DNA of 64,000 nt from Utricularia gibba (Eukaryota > Plantae > Magnoliophyta): the NCBI GenBank assembly GCA_002189035.1, contig CM007989.1, positions 6,572,001 to 6,636,000 on the forward strand. Reading direction: 5' to 3'. Positions 12,812 through 25,111 of this stretch are shown piece after piece. A model generated the notes under the pieces. It did no database searches. It worked only from the letters and a program-made list of their open reading frames with translations, and was not told the origin of the DNA. A program made the translations under genes and the position numbers. Within the stretch, counting starts at the first letter, position 1. Every line of letters begins with the position of its first letter.

Positions 12812-14586
12812 ATGCACCCATCTTTTATACGTAGAAGCATCTCCGCCGCCATGAAGCACCCTTCGTCTCGGAAGAGTGCCGGGAATGTATCTGTTTTCGG
12901 GGTGATTTTCGCCGTCTTTATTTTCGGATGCTTCATGTATAACGACGACGTGAAATCAATCGCGGAGTTCCCTTTTCTCACCACAAGGCGGAAGGGGAGG
13001 TCGCCGTTTCTGTTGCCGTGAATGCAAGAACCGTCGTGGAGGCGGAGGCCGAAGATTCTTTTGAATCTCCGGGGGGAGTGAAAGGGGATGATGATTTCAA
13101 GATTGAACAAATTCTGGTCGAGGAAGAGGAGGAGGTAGTCGTAGTACCGCCGGAGAGCTGCGATTTATTCACCGGAGAATGGTTTTTCGATAACTTAACG
13201 CATCCGATTTACAGGGAGGAGGAATGCCAGTTTTTGACCGCGCAGGTTACTTGTTTGAGAAATGGCCGGAGAGATTCTTTGTATCAGAACTGGAGATGGC
13301 AACCCAGAGATTGCTCTTTGCCCAAGTAACTAAGCAATACCAGGATCTATACAAAATATTCCCCTGAACTTCTCTACTGATTAATTTAAATCCTTACCAT
13401 CTTTTGCAAGATTCAAAGCAAGATTGCTTCTAGAGAAGCTGAGAAACAGGAGGCTGATGTTTGTGGGAGATTCACTGAACAGGAATCAATGGGAGTCCAT
13501 GATTTGCTTGGTTCAATCTGCAATTCCTCCAAGCGCAAAGAGCCTCACCAAGAATGGCTCTCTATCTGTCTTCCGAGTTCAGGTTCCCCATCCCCTTCTT
13601 TATCAATTTTACACATAAACTCACCATGATTGTGATAACAGAGTTTCAATCACCGAACTTGGCAGGATTACAACGCAACAGTGGAGTTCTATTGGGCTCC
13701 ATTCCTCGTGGAGTCCAACTCTGACAACCCAGATTTGCACAGCATTCAGAACAGGGTGATTTCACCCCGATCCATTTCGAAGCACGGCAAGAACTGGAAG
13801 AACGTCGACTTCCTCATATTCAATACCTACATTTGGTGGATGAACACCTTCACCATGAAAGTCCTGTTAGTTGCTTCCACCACAAAGCACCTTAATTACT
13901 TATGCTTCCCTTCTCTGATGGCTGGAAATTTCAGGAGGGGATCATTTGAAAACGGTGACACGGAGTATGATGAAGTTGATCGGCCGCTGGCCTATGCGGA
14001 AGTGATGAGAACATGGGGAGAATGGATCGATAAGAACGTGGATCCCAATAAGACCAAGGTGTTCTTCATGAGCATGTCTCCTCTTCACATCAAGTGAGTC
14101 TTTGTTCGAAGCCAGCTCCTCTTGCTCTGTTCTATGCACCTGTAACATTTCCATTTCGGTTCAGGAGCTTAGATTGGGACAACCCAGAAGGGATAAAGTG
14201 TGCAAAGGAGAAGACACCGATCCTCAACACATCCATGCCCTTCGATGTCGGCACCGATCGGCGACTGCTGTCGATTGCAGCCAATGCAACGAAGTCCACG
14301 AGGATTCCGGTACATTTCCTGAACATAACCAGACTTTCAGAGTACAGGAAAGATGCACATACTTCAGTATACACCATCAGACAAGGTATAGGGGTTGGTT
14401 GGCTGGTTTACCCTGCACCATTTGTGGGATCTTTATGTGATGATCATGCTCCTTGCAGGCAAAATGCTGACGCCGGAGCAACAGGCGGACCCAGAGACAT
14501 ACGCCGACTGCATCCACTGGTGCCTCCCTGGCTTGCCGGACACTTGGAATGAGTTCCTATACACCCACATCATCTCTACAAAATAG
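12812..14586 (+). CDS. ESK1: Trichome birefringence-like xylan O-acetyltransferase, ESK1/TBL29-like, 6 exons; one frameshift near 12985
   Basis: TM segment followed by [13 protein letters not shown]; [40 protein letters not shown] (GDS), DCIHWCLPG (DxxH); exons approx 12812-13325, 13411-13582, 13666-13865, 13935-14093, 14165-14385, 14459-14586. Confidence 0.92.
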
Positions 14587-14831
14587 ACAAAACTTCTGTA
14601 TCCTCCAATTCTTTCCACTCTTTTCAAAGAATATGAATGAATTTGAGCTTCTTCCTCCACTCCCATTAGATCTAAAACCAACAAATCGGTTAATCGAACA
14701 AGGCATTGAAATGAACTGGACAGACCAACGCATCTTTGAAAGTGGGAAGGCAACGTTCATGGAAGAAGAAGTCAAATGAGCACCTCCACTACTCCCTCTC
14801 TTCTCGCATCTTTTTGTTTCCATTTTCTTTC

Positions 14832-14839
14832 TATATAAA
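14832..14839 (+). promoter_or_regulatory. TATA box of the ENODL gene
   Basis: TATATAAA about 40 bp upstream of ATG 14879. Confidence 0.65.
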
Positions 14840-14878
14840 GCCCCTCCAGAACCCCGCTTGCATCCCACTTCATCATCC

Positions 14879-15462
14879 ATGGCGTCCATTCATCGTATCC
14901 CCATTGTTCTCGTCGTCGCCGTGATACTCATGATCACTGCGCCGTTGTCCGTCGTCGAAGCGGAGGTGCTCCAAGTCGGCGGCACGTGGAGCTGGCTCTC
15001 CCGGTTTGCAGTCAAGGACTTCTACAACAGCTGGGCCTCGCAAACCCGCTTCCAGATCAACGACACTCTCCGTAAGTGGCCGTCTTCACCACCATGTGTT
15101 GTCGTCGATTAAAAGGGATCCCGATATTTTTCATACGAAATGAAATTGCAGAGTTTTCTGGGGACCCGGTGCTGGTTGTCACGGCAGACGAGTACCAGAA
15201 ATGCCGATCCGCCCATCCTATGTTCTCCTCCAACGCCACCAGAGTAGATTTCGTGCTGGACCGGGGCGGCCTCTTCTACTTCATCAGTGGCCCGGCCCAA
15301 TGCGAGCAGGGTCTCAAGATGATCGTTAAAGTCCTTGAGCCTAAAACGCCGCCGCCAATCGCTGCCCCCTCCACCAAGTCCTCCTCCGCCGCCGTGGGGG
15401 ACAATGGCGGCTTCCACCTTCTGACGGCAGTGCTTCTCGGATTCGGGTTCACAGCCGTATGA
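14879..15462 (+). CDS. Early nodulin-like phytocyanin (ENODL), signal peptide and likely GPI anchor, 2 exons
   Basis: Signal peptide, YNSWASQTRFQINDTL, one intron 15072-15151, GLFYFISG..CEQGLKMIVKV, Pro/Ser-rich linker, hydrophobic C-terminus. Confidence 0.9.
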
Positions 15463-16360
15463 GAATCAACACGGCGATTCTTGATATCAAATTAATTATT
15501 CTAATTAATTGCGAGTAATGATTTGATTAGTTAAAAACGTTGTTTCTATTATCAGATATTTAATTTATTTTTCTCGATATTAAAAAACAAATAGAAATTA
15601 GGATATTCTCCGTAATAATGAACAGTAAGCGCGGTGTGGTCAATTCGCTCCCCGCGACGCGAAAATCCATGGGCGTGAAGGAGAGATATGCAGAGAGGTT
15701 TTTAAAGTAGCCGGAGGTGAGGGGCGGTTGAAGAAGCTGGCGACTGGAGGTTTCAGGGATCAGGCATTCTGCGTGATCTGGTGATGGTTGGGATGAATGA
15801 ATGAATGTGTGTTTGCTCAGATCAGAGTTGTTATATTTGATTCTTCGAAAAGTTGAGGGGCCCTTGTATTGCAGTTTGGGTGATCCGTCACCTCGCGGGC
15901 CTCCCTGCTACTCCCTTTTGGTTCTTGTGGTCGATCTTGTATTGGGTTTCGCTGGTTTTGTTTTTTGTGTGGATCAGAAGTGGTGTTTTTGGATTTTTGT
16001 GCGTGATTTGTTTAGAAGATTCTGTGAAGATCTTAGTGAATTTGCATTGATATTTGGTATGGTATTTCGAGTTGGCATCCTGTGATGATGATAGGTGATC
16101 CATGGGGGGAGGGAGCAGTCACCAGTTTGAGATGGAGGGGCACAATGCAATTGGCTTGGTCAGTGCATTTTTATCAGATTTTATACATTCTTACTTTATT
16201 AGTAGAAGGCGAGCGAATGGTGAGTCATATGATGTGTTTATTCACTCTGATGCTTGCCTGAACCAATCAAAAGCTTATACTTTCAGCCATATCAACCATT
16301 TTGTCATCAGTTTATGAGTCCAGTGGTGAATTGAAGCCCACTGATCTTGTTTTCACTCAT

Positions 16361-18727
16361 ATGACCCTGACTAAATCTGTGGAGTTCATTTCTTTATCAT
16401 CAAATCGTATGTCAGACTCTAAGTTTTCTGGCTATGCATATAAGCCAACTGGTTCTTCTAGTCCCCGTTCTCTTCATGGTTACGCTGATTCTATTAAGAA
16501 CAAGGGGGCTACCTTGAGACATTCTTCTTCTCTACAAGATTTTTCCACTTACCATGAGTTTCAGCCAGATGATGATCCAGAGTCTGCTGTTGCAAGGGGT
16601 TCAACCATTGATTCTTTACTATCACCTACTTCCTTGCAGCATCAAGAAAATATTTCAAAAGACAAGTTTCCGCGTGGTTATCTGTGTTCTGCAAGGAATA
16701 AATGGTTGCGAGTTATCTGTGTTTTCTTTTTTTTGTTACTATTGGCTTGTCTTTGCTTCGGCCTCCTGGTACTTTACCTTGATTGGTTCAAGGGATCATC
16801 GAAGTTCTATGTTGTGATTGACTGTGGGAGTACAGGAAACCGTGTCTATGTATATGAAGCATCTTCCAGTATACGAGAAAAAAGTTACAAACTTCCTGTA
16901 TTATTGAAATCCATTCCTGAAAGTTTTGAGAAGAAACTAGCCTCCCAGAAAGGAAGGGCGTATAACAGAATGGAAACTGAGCCCGGCTTGGATAAGTTAG
17001 TGCACAATGCTTCCGGACTGAAGAAGGCTATAAAGCCTCTCATCAAGTGGGCTGAAAAACAGATTCCTGAAGAATCGCATAGTAGCACTTCTCTCTTTTT
17101 ATATGCTACTGCTGGAGTGCGTAGGCTTCCTTCTTCAGAGTCCAACTGGCTTCTTGAAAACTCATGGACCATTTTGAAGAGTTCAAGTTTCTTCTGTAAA
17201 AGAGAGTGGATAAAAATCATCTCTGGTGTGGAAGAGGCATACTATGGATGGATAGCCTTGAATTATCATGCTGGTGTCTTAGGTTCATTACCTGAAAAGG
17301 AAACATATGGTGCTTTGGACTTGGGTGGTTCATCACTTCAGGTGACGTTTGAAGGAAATGAACAGAATGATGAAGAGACAAGTTTGAAGTTGAGAATTGG
17401 TGCTGTTAAACATCATCTCAATGCTTATTCTTTAGCTGGATATGGACTCAATGATGCATTTGACAGATCGGTCGCTGGTCTTGTTGCAATGCTTCCCAGT
17501 GTGTCTGAGGAAGATCTTGCTGCAAAGATTAAGGTTTACCATCCTTGTTTGCATTCTGGTTACGAAGCAGAATTCTCATGTTCTCACTGTAAATCTATCT
17601 TGCAAAGGGGCAAGAGTCCACAAGAATCAATACAACAAGGAAAAGGAGTTGAGGCCGGTGTTCCAGTTCAGCTTCTGGGAGCTCCAAACTGGGAGAAATG
17701 CAGTTCACTTGCCAAAATTGTTGTTAATGCCTCCGAGTGGTCAGACAACCTTCCAGCAACTGATTGTGATTTGCGTCCATGTGCACTCGCTGAAGATCTT
17801 CCTCGCCCTGTGGGCCGATTCTATGCTATGTCTGGGTTCTATGTGGTTTACAGGTTCTTCAACTTGACTGCTGATGCCTCTCCAGATGACATCCTCGAGA
17901 AAGGACGTGAGTTTTGCCAGAAAACATGGGATGTTGCCGAAAAAAGCGTCGCACCTCAGCCTTTCATTGAGCAATACTGCTTCAGGGCGCCATACGTCGT
18001 TCAGCTTTTGAGAGAAGGATTACACATCTCTGATGATCATGTGACTGTCGCCCCCGGAAGCATAACGTGGACTCTTGGGGTTGCTTTGTATGAAGCCGGA
18101 AATGCTTCTTCTACCTATGGAAGAAGTATTTACAGCTATCTGATCTTCAGGGCTAAACCTGATCCCCATGTTCTGTTCATCATCTTCCTCCTCGTTTCCT
18201 TGTTCATCATGTTCTGTCTCTTTTCATTTGCCGGAAATGGGGGATCTCAAAATCCCTTCGAAGGTCGTATCTCCCACTTTTCAAGCACAGCAGTGCAGTG
18301 TCATCATCAGTGCTCAGCATTCCGGCTCCTTCCCGGTTTCGACGGTGGAGCCGCCCAATGAGTTCAGGTATTTTCTTTGCATTCAACAAGAACAACAATC
18401 CCTGCTCACCTAAATCCATGTATCTGATAAACAGGGGATGGGAGGGCGAAGATCCCACTGAGTCCCACAACTGCAAATGCTTCCCCTTACAGGCCTTTCA
18501 GTGCAGGAACTGGGAATACCCAGTTCTCTGATCCTCCACAACACTCTGCATCCGGCGGTGTACCACACAGCTACTCTTCTGGTAGCATCAGCCAGATGCA
18601 GATGGATCACCGTGACATGGGCGCCTTGTGGACGCCCCACAGAAGCAAATCGCGCCTTCAAAGTCGAAGGTCGCAATCCAAAGAAGACCTCAGCTCCTCC
18701 CTCGCGTTACACCTCCCAAAGCCCTGA
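16361..18727 (+). CDS. APY7: Apyrase 7-like (GDA1/CD39 NTPDase), 2 coding exons; one frameshift near 18235
   Basis: LRHSSSLQDFS, VIDCGSTG, LYATAGVR, ISGVEEAYYGW, ALDLGGSS, ITWTLG; tail RRSYLPLF...SIP..RFRRWS in -1 frame, then intron and RLQSRRSQSKEDLSSSL to TGA 18725-18727; start ATG tentative. Confidence 0.92.
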
Positions 18728-19384
18728 GTTTTGCCGCCACAACAAGCAAATGTGACCAGGTTAGATCAACAGAGAAGATTGCCGCAGCTGACAAAGCTGA
18801 TTACCTCACTCTCCCAACAGTGCGCATTAGGTGACTCCAAAGATGCATCTTCCGGCAGCATCGAGTCTGCAATGCGTAGCCATTGAAGTGGGTTCGTGCT
18901 GAACTTAATTTCCGAAGCATGGCGGCCCATCTCTTCCTCCCGCAACATGCACCATTTTACGATTAATCGATTTTTATCAACTCTTCGAATGTTTTTTATA
19001 CGTATAAATTGAAATAGTTATGCAAGTGATTTAGCATGTGTTTATTAAACAAACCTGGTACTCAATATTTGGAGGCCTAAAAAGCATACCAAATACCATT
19101 TACATGTTTTCAGAATGCCAAATTTCAGTGGTAAGAATTCAATCTCTTTTTTATTAAACACAATGAAAATGATATTCTTTTATATTGAAATTAAGTATCT
19201 AATAAATTAAACAAATACTTTAAAATTAAAGTTTACAAAAAACATATATCATAGTGAAAAAAATTAGATTTAACCGATTATTAGTAATTTATAATTTTTT
19301 ATATAATTAAATATTTCATTTTAATTTATGGATGCCCTGATTGTTTGTTATAATATTTTGTAGTATTGTGTCGTTGGATTGTAA

Positions 19385-19665
19385 GAGCATCTTTATTCGT
19401 TTCCGAAAATGCTGGCATGACATTTCTGAAAATTGAATTATTAAGTTTTTGTTATCAAGTTTCCGTTATATTTATATTCATTTCTAGAAATCATAATATT
19501 AAAATAAATATTATAAACAATAATTTAAATCATTTCCCAAAGTAAATCAGGTTTCCTTATTTTTGTTTCCAAAAAAAATGAAAAATAAGTTTCATCGTTT
19601 TCTAAATATTTATCTCATTTCAGGAAATGCTAATGTAGCATTTACGAAAATGAGTAAATATGCTC
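19385..19665. mobile_element. Tourist-like (PIF/Harbinger) MITE, 281 bp
   Basis: 29-bp TIRs matching 24/29 (GAGCATCTTTATTCGTTTCCGAAAATGCT vs GAGCATATTTACTCATTTTCGTAAATGCT); TAA target duplication at 19382-19384 and 19666-19668. Confidence 0.85.
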
Positions 19666-20225
19666 TAATGCAAATGGTAGATATTCTTACGCTCTGCACG
19701 GGCTTGTGGCTGGTGCATACTCCACGCAGGCTGTTTTTGCACCATTCGCTTGTGAAAAAGGGGTGGTTCGAGTTCATTTTCAGATAAAATATGATCCAAA
19801 AGTATTCATTTTTATATAATGTTTGGTTTATATGAACAAGTGAATGGGAGGAGGATATAAATTTATAAAATTCATTTATATTCATGTGTTTATACGTGAT
19901 GAATTGACTCCATAATGGCTATATGTTGATGGGATAACACATTAATCATTGATACACCTACGTAGGACGTAGGAGTCATACACACCGACATAAGAGTACC
20001 GAAAACGACATCGTTTTGATACCCTGAAGGAGAGAGCACACTCTCGCGAGCTGATTGGAGCCGTCCGATCTCATACGAAAGCATGGATCCAACGGCCGGA
20101 AGAAAAAAGGAAGCGGACACGACGGGAGAAGCACGTTTTATTCTCTACTTTTTTTTATTTTAAAAATTATTTTTTAAAAAGAGCAGCGTATTATCAGATC
20201 GCAGCTTTGGCTTCTCTCTCTCCTC

Positions 20226-20704
20226 CTAGATGGCGAGCACTAATCCGGGCACGGACTTGCCGACCCGACCCGAAAGAGTGCTCTCCCAAACGGAAACGGA
20301 AGCGGAATGCGGATCCGAGACAGGCGCGCAATCAGACCCCTTCGCGTTTCCAATACGCGTCACTGTAACCGCGGTGTTGAAATACTCCCTCACATGAGTA
20401 ACCACCCATTGGTGACGGTCCAGGCGTGGACCCAAGCGATGGATAGCAGCTGATCGAATCCCTCGGCGAGGACGACGCTGCCGATCGCTGCGATGCTGTG
20501 AGGCACGAATTGGAACGTGCCGCGCTGATCTCCTGTGAGAACACGTGCCAGAAATTGGTGCGACGGAGGACCGTGGAACCACCGCTCGAGGTCCGGCGCG
20601 AGGATCTCGTGGATCGTGTCCGCGTCGTGGCGGCTCAGTGCTTCATAGACGGCGGCGACCACCGCTTTGTTCGCTTCCTCCAGGGCTTCTTGATCGGAAG
20701 CCAG
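20226..20704 (-). CDS. Wound-induced protein 1 / SAG20-like (NTF2/SnoaL-like fold); no in-frame ATG, proposed CTG start at 20704; one frameshift near 20405
   Basis: NKAVVAAVYEALS..D, WFHGPPSHQFL, FVPHSI, AWVHAWTV, VREYFNT.VTVTRIG and family C-terminus VWESTLSGRVGKSVPGLVLAI*. Confidence 0.8.
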
Positions 20705-20789
20705 TTGTTATAGTTCGGCGCAACCGAGGCGGGAACTCGAATTGTGTGCGGGGAGCAATCGAATACGCCCTTGACTGACAAGAGCATTG

Positions 20790-20796
20790 ATTTATA
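20790..20796 (-). promoter_or_regulatory. Candidate TATA box of the WUN1-like gene
   Basis: TATAAAT on the minus strand, about 86 bp upstream of CTG 20704. Confidence 0.5.
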
Positions 20797-21602
20797 CAGA
20801 AAAAGTTGGGGGTGTTTGCGATATTTCCGTCATCTCCCATAGGGGTAGAAACGGGATCGCACCTATGTTGCTGACGTGGTAAGCGACGTAGCCACATATG
20901 CTTCGATATTTGACTTCTGACACTGCAAGACCTGGCTTTTTTCTAGCGGTTGTGGTTGACAGGTGGGCCCCGAATATCCACAGTTATAATTATTAATTAG
21001 AATATTTTAAGCATCATTCATGCGTCACATGTTACAAAACTCAATTTTGCAATAAATTTTATTAAAAACATTTTCCAATTTTATTAAAAAAGTAATTTAC
21101 TATGTCTACTACGAGAGAAAGCAACGAACATTTTTTTGATACTTTTAATTAATTATATTTGATAAACGAAAATACAAGTATTAGGGACCGACTGTGGAAC
21201 ACTGTTGGACCGATTCAATGTGGGCCCAGAGAGAAAAGGTCAAAATATTGGGCCTATTTAATGCAAATGGATGGGCTGGATTAGATTCACCTCCCTGTGA
21301 GCTGGACCTGGTCGCGACGTATTGTCCAAACGACATATGTCGGCCGCGTTTCGAAATTCCAACTTCCACACGTGCATCTACAAACCTTAATTATATTTTT
21401 TTGTATATCTGTCTTGTCTTTTTCTGGGCTTAGCTGTGCTGGTTTGTGTGTAGGAGCCATCCACATGTGGCAGAGTTCAAAGACTACATGAATCGTGTCA
21501 GCAACAAGAGTCACTCACATAATTCTGTTCTCAAGTGCATTGTTTGATATAATGCATACAAAACCATTCATACTTATGATACCCACTGATAGTAAATCCT
21601 TA

Positions 21603-22471
21603 GGATGCGTTTGGTTGCAGGGTTTGGCCTAAACCCAAATTTGGTTTATTTGAGTTTAGATAACTCGATTTCATGAGTTTAAAGTGTGTAATCCATATTT
21701 GGTTGATGAGTTTAGATTATTTGAATTTAGGATGAATACACATTTGGTAAGTGGGTTTAAAATTGGGTTTATGATGATTTTCATATGAAATTACCAATAT
21801 ATACTTTAGTTAATTAAAATAAATTATATCATTTTATAATTTCAATTGAGCATCGTATAGCATAAATTACGGTGCTTAGTTGAAACTTTATTTTATAACA
21901 AGTATTGAGTAATAATAGACGTGGTGCTCATTTTCAAAACAAAAATTCATATTTTACAGCAAGCATCAGATAATAATAGACGCAGTGCTCGTCTTCAAAA
22001 CGAAAACTCACATTCAGCATAAAAAATAAAAACCTACAATATTAGTCATGCTGTTATTATTGTTATCTTTATCTTTTTCTTATTCTTCTTCTTTTTACTC
22101 TTCTTTTTCTTCAATAGATTTGAACATACCTGAACAAATCTGTTACAGATCTGAATAAATATGCTACAGATCTATAGGAATTTTAACTTTCAAAAAAAAT
22201 TGGTAAATAGATCTGTACATCTAGTTTCCAGTAAATCTGCATTCAAATATGGTTCACACGAGGGCAAAAGTGGAAGCGCCGAACTAGGTTTAGCTAAACG
22301 TACCCCCTCCCCCCCCCCTTGGGTTTAGCTAAACCCAGCTCTACGGGTTCCCGCCTGGTTTATAATCAACAGGTGAGTTTATTTTTATCCACCTGAAACC
22401 CGCGAACAAAACGTGGGTTTATGTTTAAACCTACGCATCAACCTACCTAAACCCAACAATCAAACGCGCCC
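21603..22471. mobile_element. Non-autonomous PIF/Harbinger-type element, 869 bp
   Basis: TIR GGATGCGTTTGGTTG vs GGGCGCGTTTGATTG (12/15); TTA duplication at 21600-21602 and 22472-22474; subterminal GGTTT..TAAACC motifs, including perfect palindrome GGGTTTAGCTAAACCC at 22321-22336. Confidence 0.82.
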
Positions 22472-23078
22472 TTAATGTTATATAGTTAAACATTCACATT
22501 GATAAGGTATTGAGCTAATGTCATTATTTTATATTATTTTAAACTCATCTTTTCATTTTATTGTCATTTATTAATTCCATGAATTTGATGCACTTATATA
22601 ATTACCATTAGCATCAAGGCAACATAAATTACTAGTTGTTTTGTGTTTGGCTATGACTAGTGAGAAGTTTTAATTATAATCCATCCCATCCGTCTCCACA
22701 TCATTTTCCTATGATGTCTGAATCATCAAACCATTATGTAGCAACGGAGCAACGGTGATCCGGGTAGGATAGAACCAGGGTTCAGGACTGAGCCGGGTTG
22801 GATCACAAACTGGGGGCTTACCCGGCATTGTGTAGCCGAATAGACTGCAGATCGAACAACGGGTTGGGTGGATTGCGGGCCCGATTCCACGCGTGGAACT
22901 GGGACTGAGCCTGGTCAGGGATGGAGTAGAGTTGCTTCTGAACACTTATCGACATTCTAGAGAACTCCAAACAAAGCCAAGAGCTCAGTGGGAGAAAGGC
23001 AGTTCTTGGGAAATTGTAATTACTCAGTGGTGAAAGAAAGACATGTCAAAATGTATGCGATTGCGGACCCTCCTCAGT

Positions 23079-25111
23079 CTAATATCTGATACTTTTAGCA
23101 ACCTCAAAGAAATGAGCAACATTTTCTTCTGGTGTACCCACAACTATCCCATGACCAAGATTCAGAATATGCTTCCCTTTGCCTGCTTTTCTAACAGTAT
23201 CGTGTATTCTCTCGGTGATGAATGCTTTCGAACCGAAGAGCACACCAGGGTCAATGTTACCCTGGACAGCCACATCCAGCCCCAGGCGCTTCCTTCCCTC
23301 AGCCATGTCCACTGTCCAGTCCAAGCTAACAACATCCACACCGGTTAAGGGGAGTCTCTCGATCAGGCCACCTGAGCCGCTGGCATAGAGTATTAGCGGG
23401 AGAGATGGGTGTGTCTGTTTTACTGTGTCGATGATTTGTTTCAAGTAGGGGAGACTGAATTCTTCGAAGTCAATGGGGCTGAGTTCGGTTGCCCATGAGT
23501 CGAATATCTGGACAGCTTGAGCTCCTTTGTCAGCTTGGTACTGAATGTACTTAGCCATCGATGTTGCAAATTTTTGAAGAAGTGCATGGAGTACCTGAAG
23601 CAGAAGAAAGGATTCCAATCAACTCCAGTTTGGTTCACAATAACACGCTTGCAACTCAAGAACTAATTGCTTGAACTTGTGGTCAAAAGGAAAAACAAAA
23701 TGGCAATCATAGGGTAACCCAGACGGTTGATCACGTTTAATAGCCCATTTTGGAAGTAAAATCCTCAGGAAATTTTCTCATTGCTACTACAGGGATACTT
23801 TACCTTTGGTTCAGAGAAAGCCAATCTCTTTATTTTTGAGAAGTGCTTTGAGGAACCTCCTTCGACCACATATGAAGCCAGTGTAAATGGAGCTCCAACG
23901 AAACCTAGCACTGCTGCTTCATTGTTAACCTGGAAAGTGCCCCATTACATGAGTCGTTAGTCACCCAACAAATCAGATAAATAAAATCTTAAAGGCACAC
24001 CTCCTTCCGCAATATTGTTAACGCTTCCCCAACATATGGAACTGAATCTTCAGGGTTGAACTCCCTCACTTCCTCAACATCAGCAGTTGAGCTGATCGGA
24101 TCGAAGATGATAGGGCCTTTTCCTTTTACGATGTCAAAGGGTATGTTCATTCCAGACAGTGGGGTGAGAATATCGGAAAACAAGATAACCTGAAATGTGA
24201 GAAATAGAACTAAGAATGCTGTCTCTGATAGTTCAGAAAGTAGTGTCAAAGAGGAGGCAAGCATGTTACTCCATCCGGTTTGAACACTTTCCACGGCTGA
24301 AGGGAGATTTCCACCACGAGATCCACATTTTCAGATCTTTCCCGGAACGAAGGATACTTCTCACAAAGAGTTTGGTAGCTCTATTGAGAGGAAAATAGAC
24401 AAATTTAGGCTCAAGATCCCACACAACAACGTCAAGAGAAGTAAACATGAATGCAGGGCTTGTTCATTCTAACAACACAAATCCAACGATGCAAAAAAGA
24501 AAAGCCGTGTGTCGATGACGCAATAAAAACCTGCCTTCATGTACCTGCCGGCTTGTCTCATAAGCCAAACAGGAGGCCTATCTACTTCTTTTCCTCGGGC
24601 AGCATTTAGCAACAGAGGCTCTGCAACATTTACGCTTGTTGTTTGGTCTGCAACAGCCCCTAAAACAGGATAGATAATTTTCGACAGAGTGAGGTTTCTA
24701 ATCGACAAAGGCCCTAGTTCTTTGGTCCTCTAAACCCATCCCTTCTCCTCCCAGATTCTACCATTTGACAAAAAAACACATACAAATCCTACGCAAAAAT
24801 GACACTGCTAAACAGTCTTGATACTTGGCATATCGAAGTCACGAGCACTAAATCTACGTTTACCACTATCCGCAACCCTTATTGCGTACTCAACAAACAC
24901 GATCCTACACACTGCAGCTTACCCAGATGAACAACTTCTCGTTTGTCACAATTCCGTCCTCCCCATAACCAAAAATTAAGTTTTTTTTTTTTTCTACATC
25001 GAGGAGAGACAAAGAGCAAGTACCTGCAACAGAGCAGAGAAGTTTGGGTCTTTGATTTGGGCGAAGATGGGCGAAGTTCATGGAAACCGAGCTGAAATTA
25101 AGGCAAGCCAT
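23079..25111 (-). CDS. HEME2: Uroporphyrinogen decarboxylase, chloroplastic, 6 exons
   Basis: Transit peptide; [54 protein letters not shown]; ends [10 protein letters not shown]. Confidence 0.95.

Noticed and set aside
20785-20787. ATG 20787 as the WUN1-like start with one more frameshift
   Set aside because: Possible, but it lies 2 nt below the candidate TATA box and encodes nothing I recognise; kept only as an alternative.
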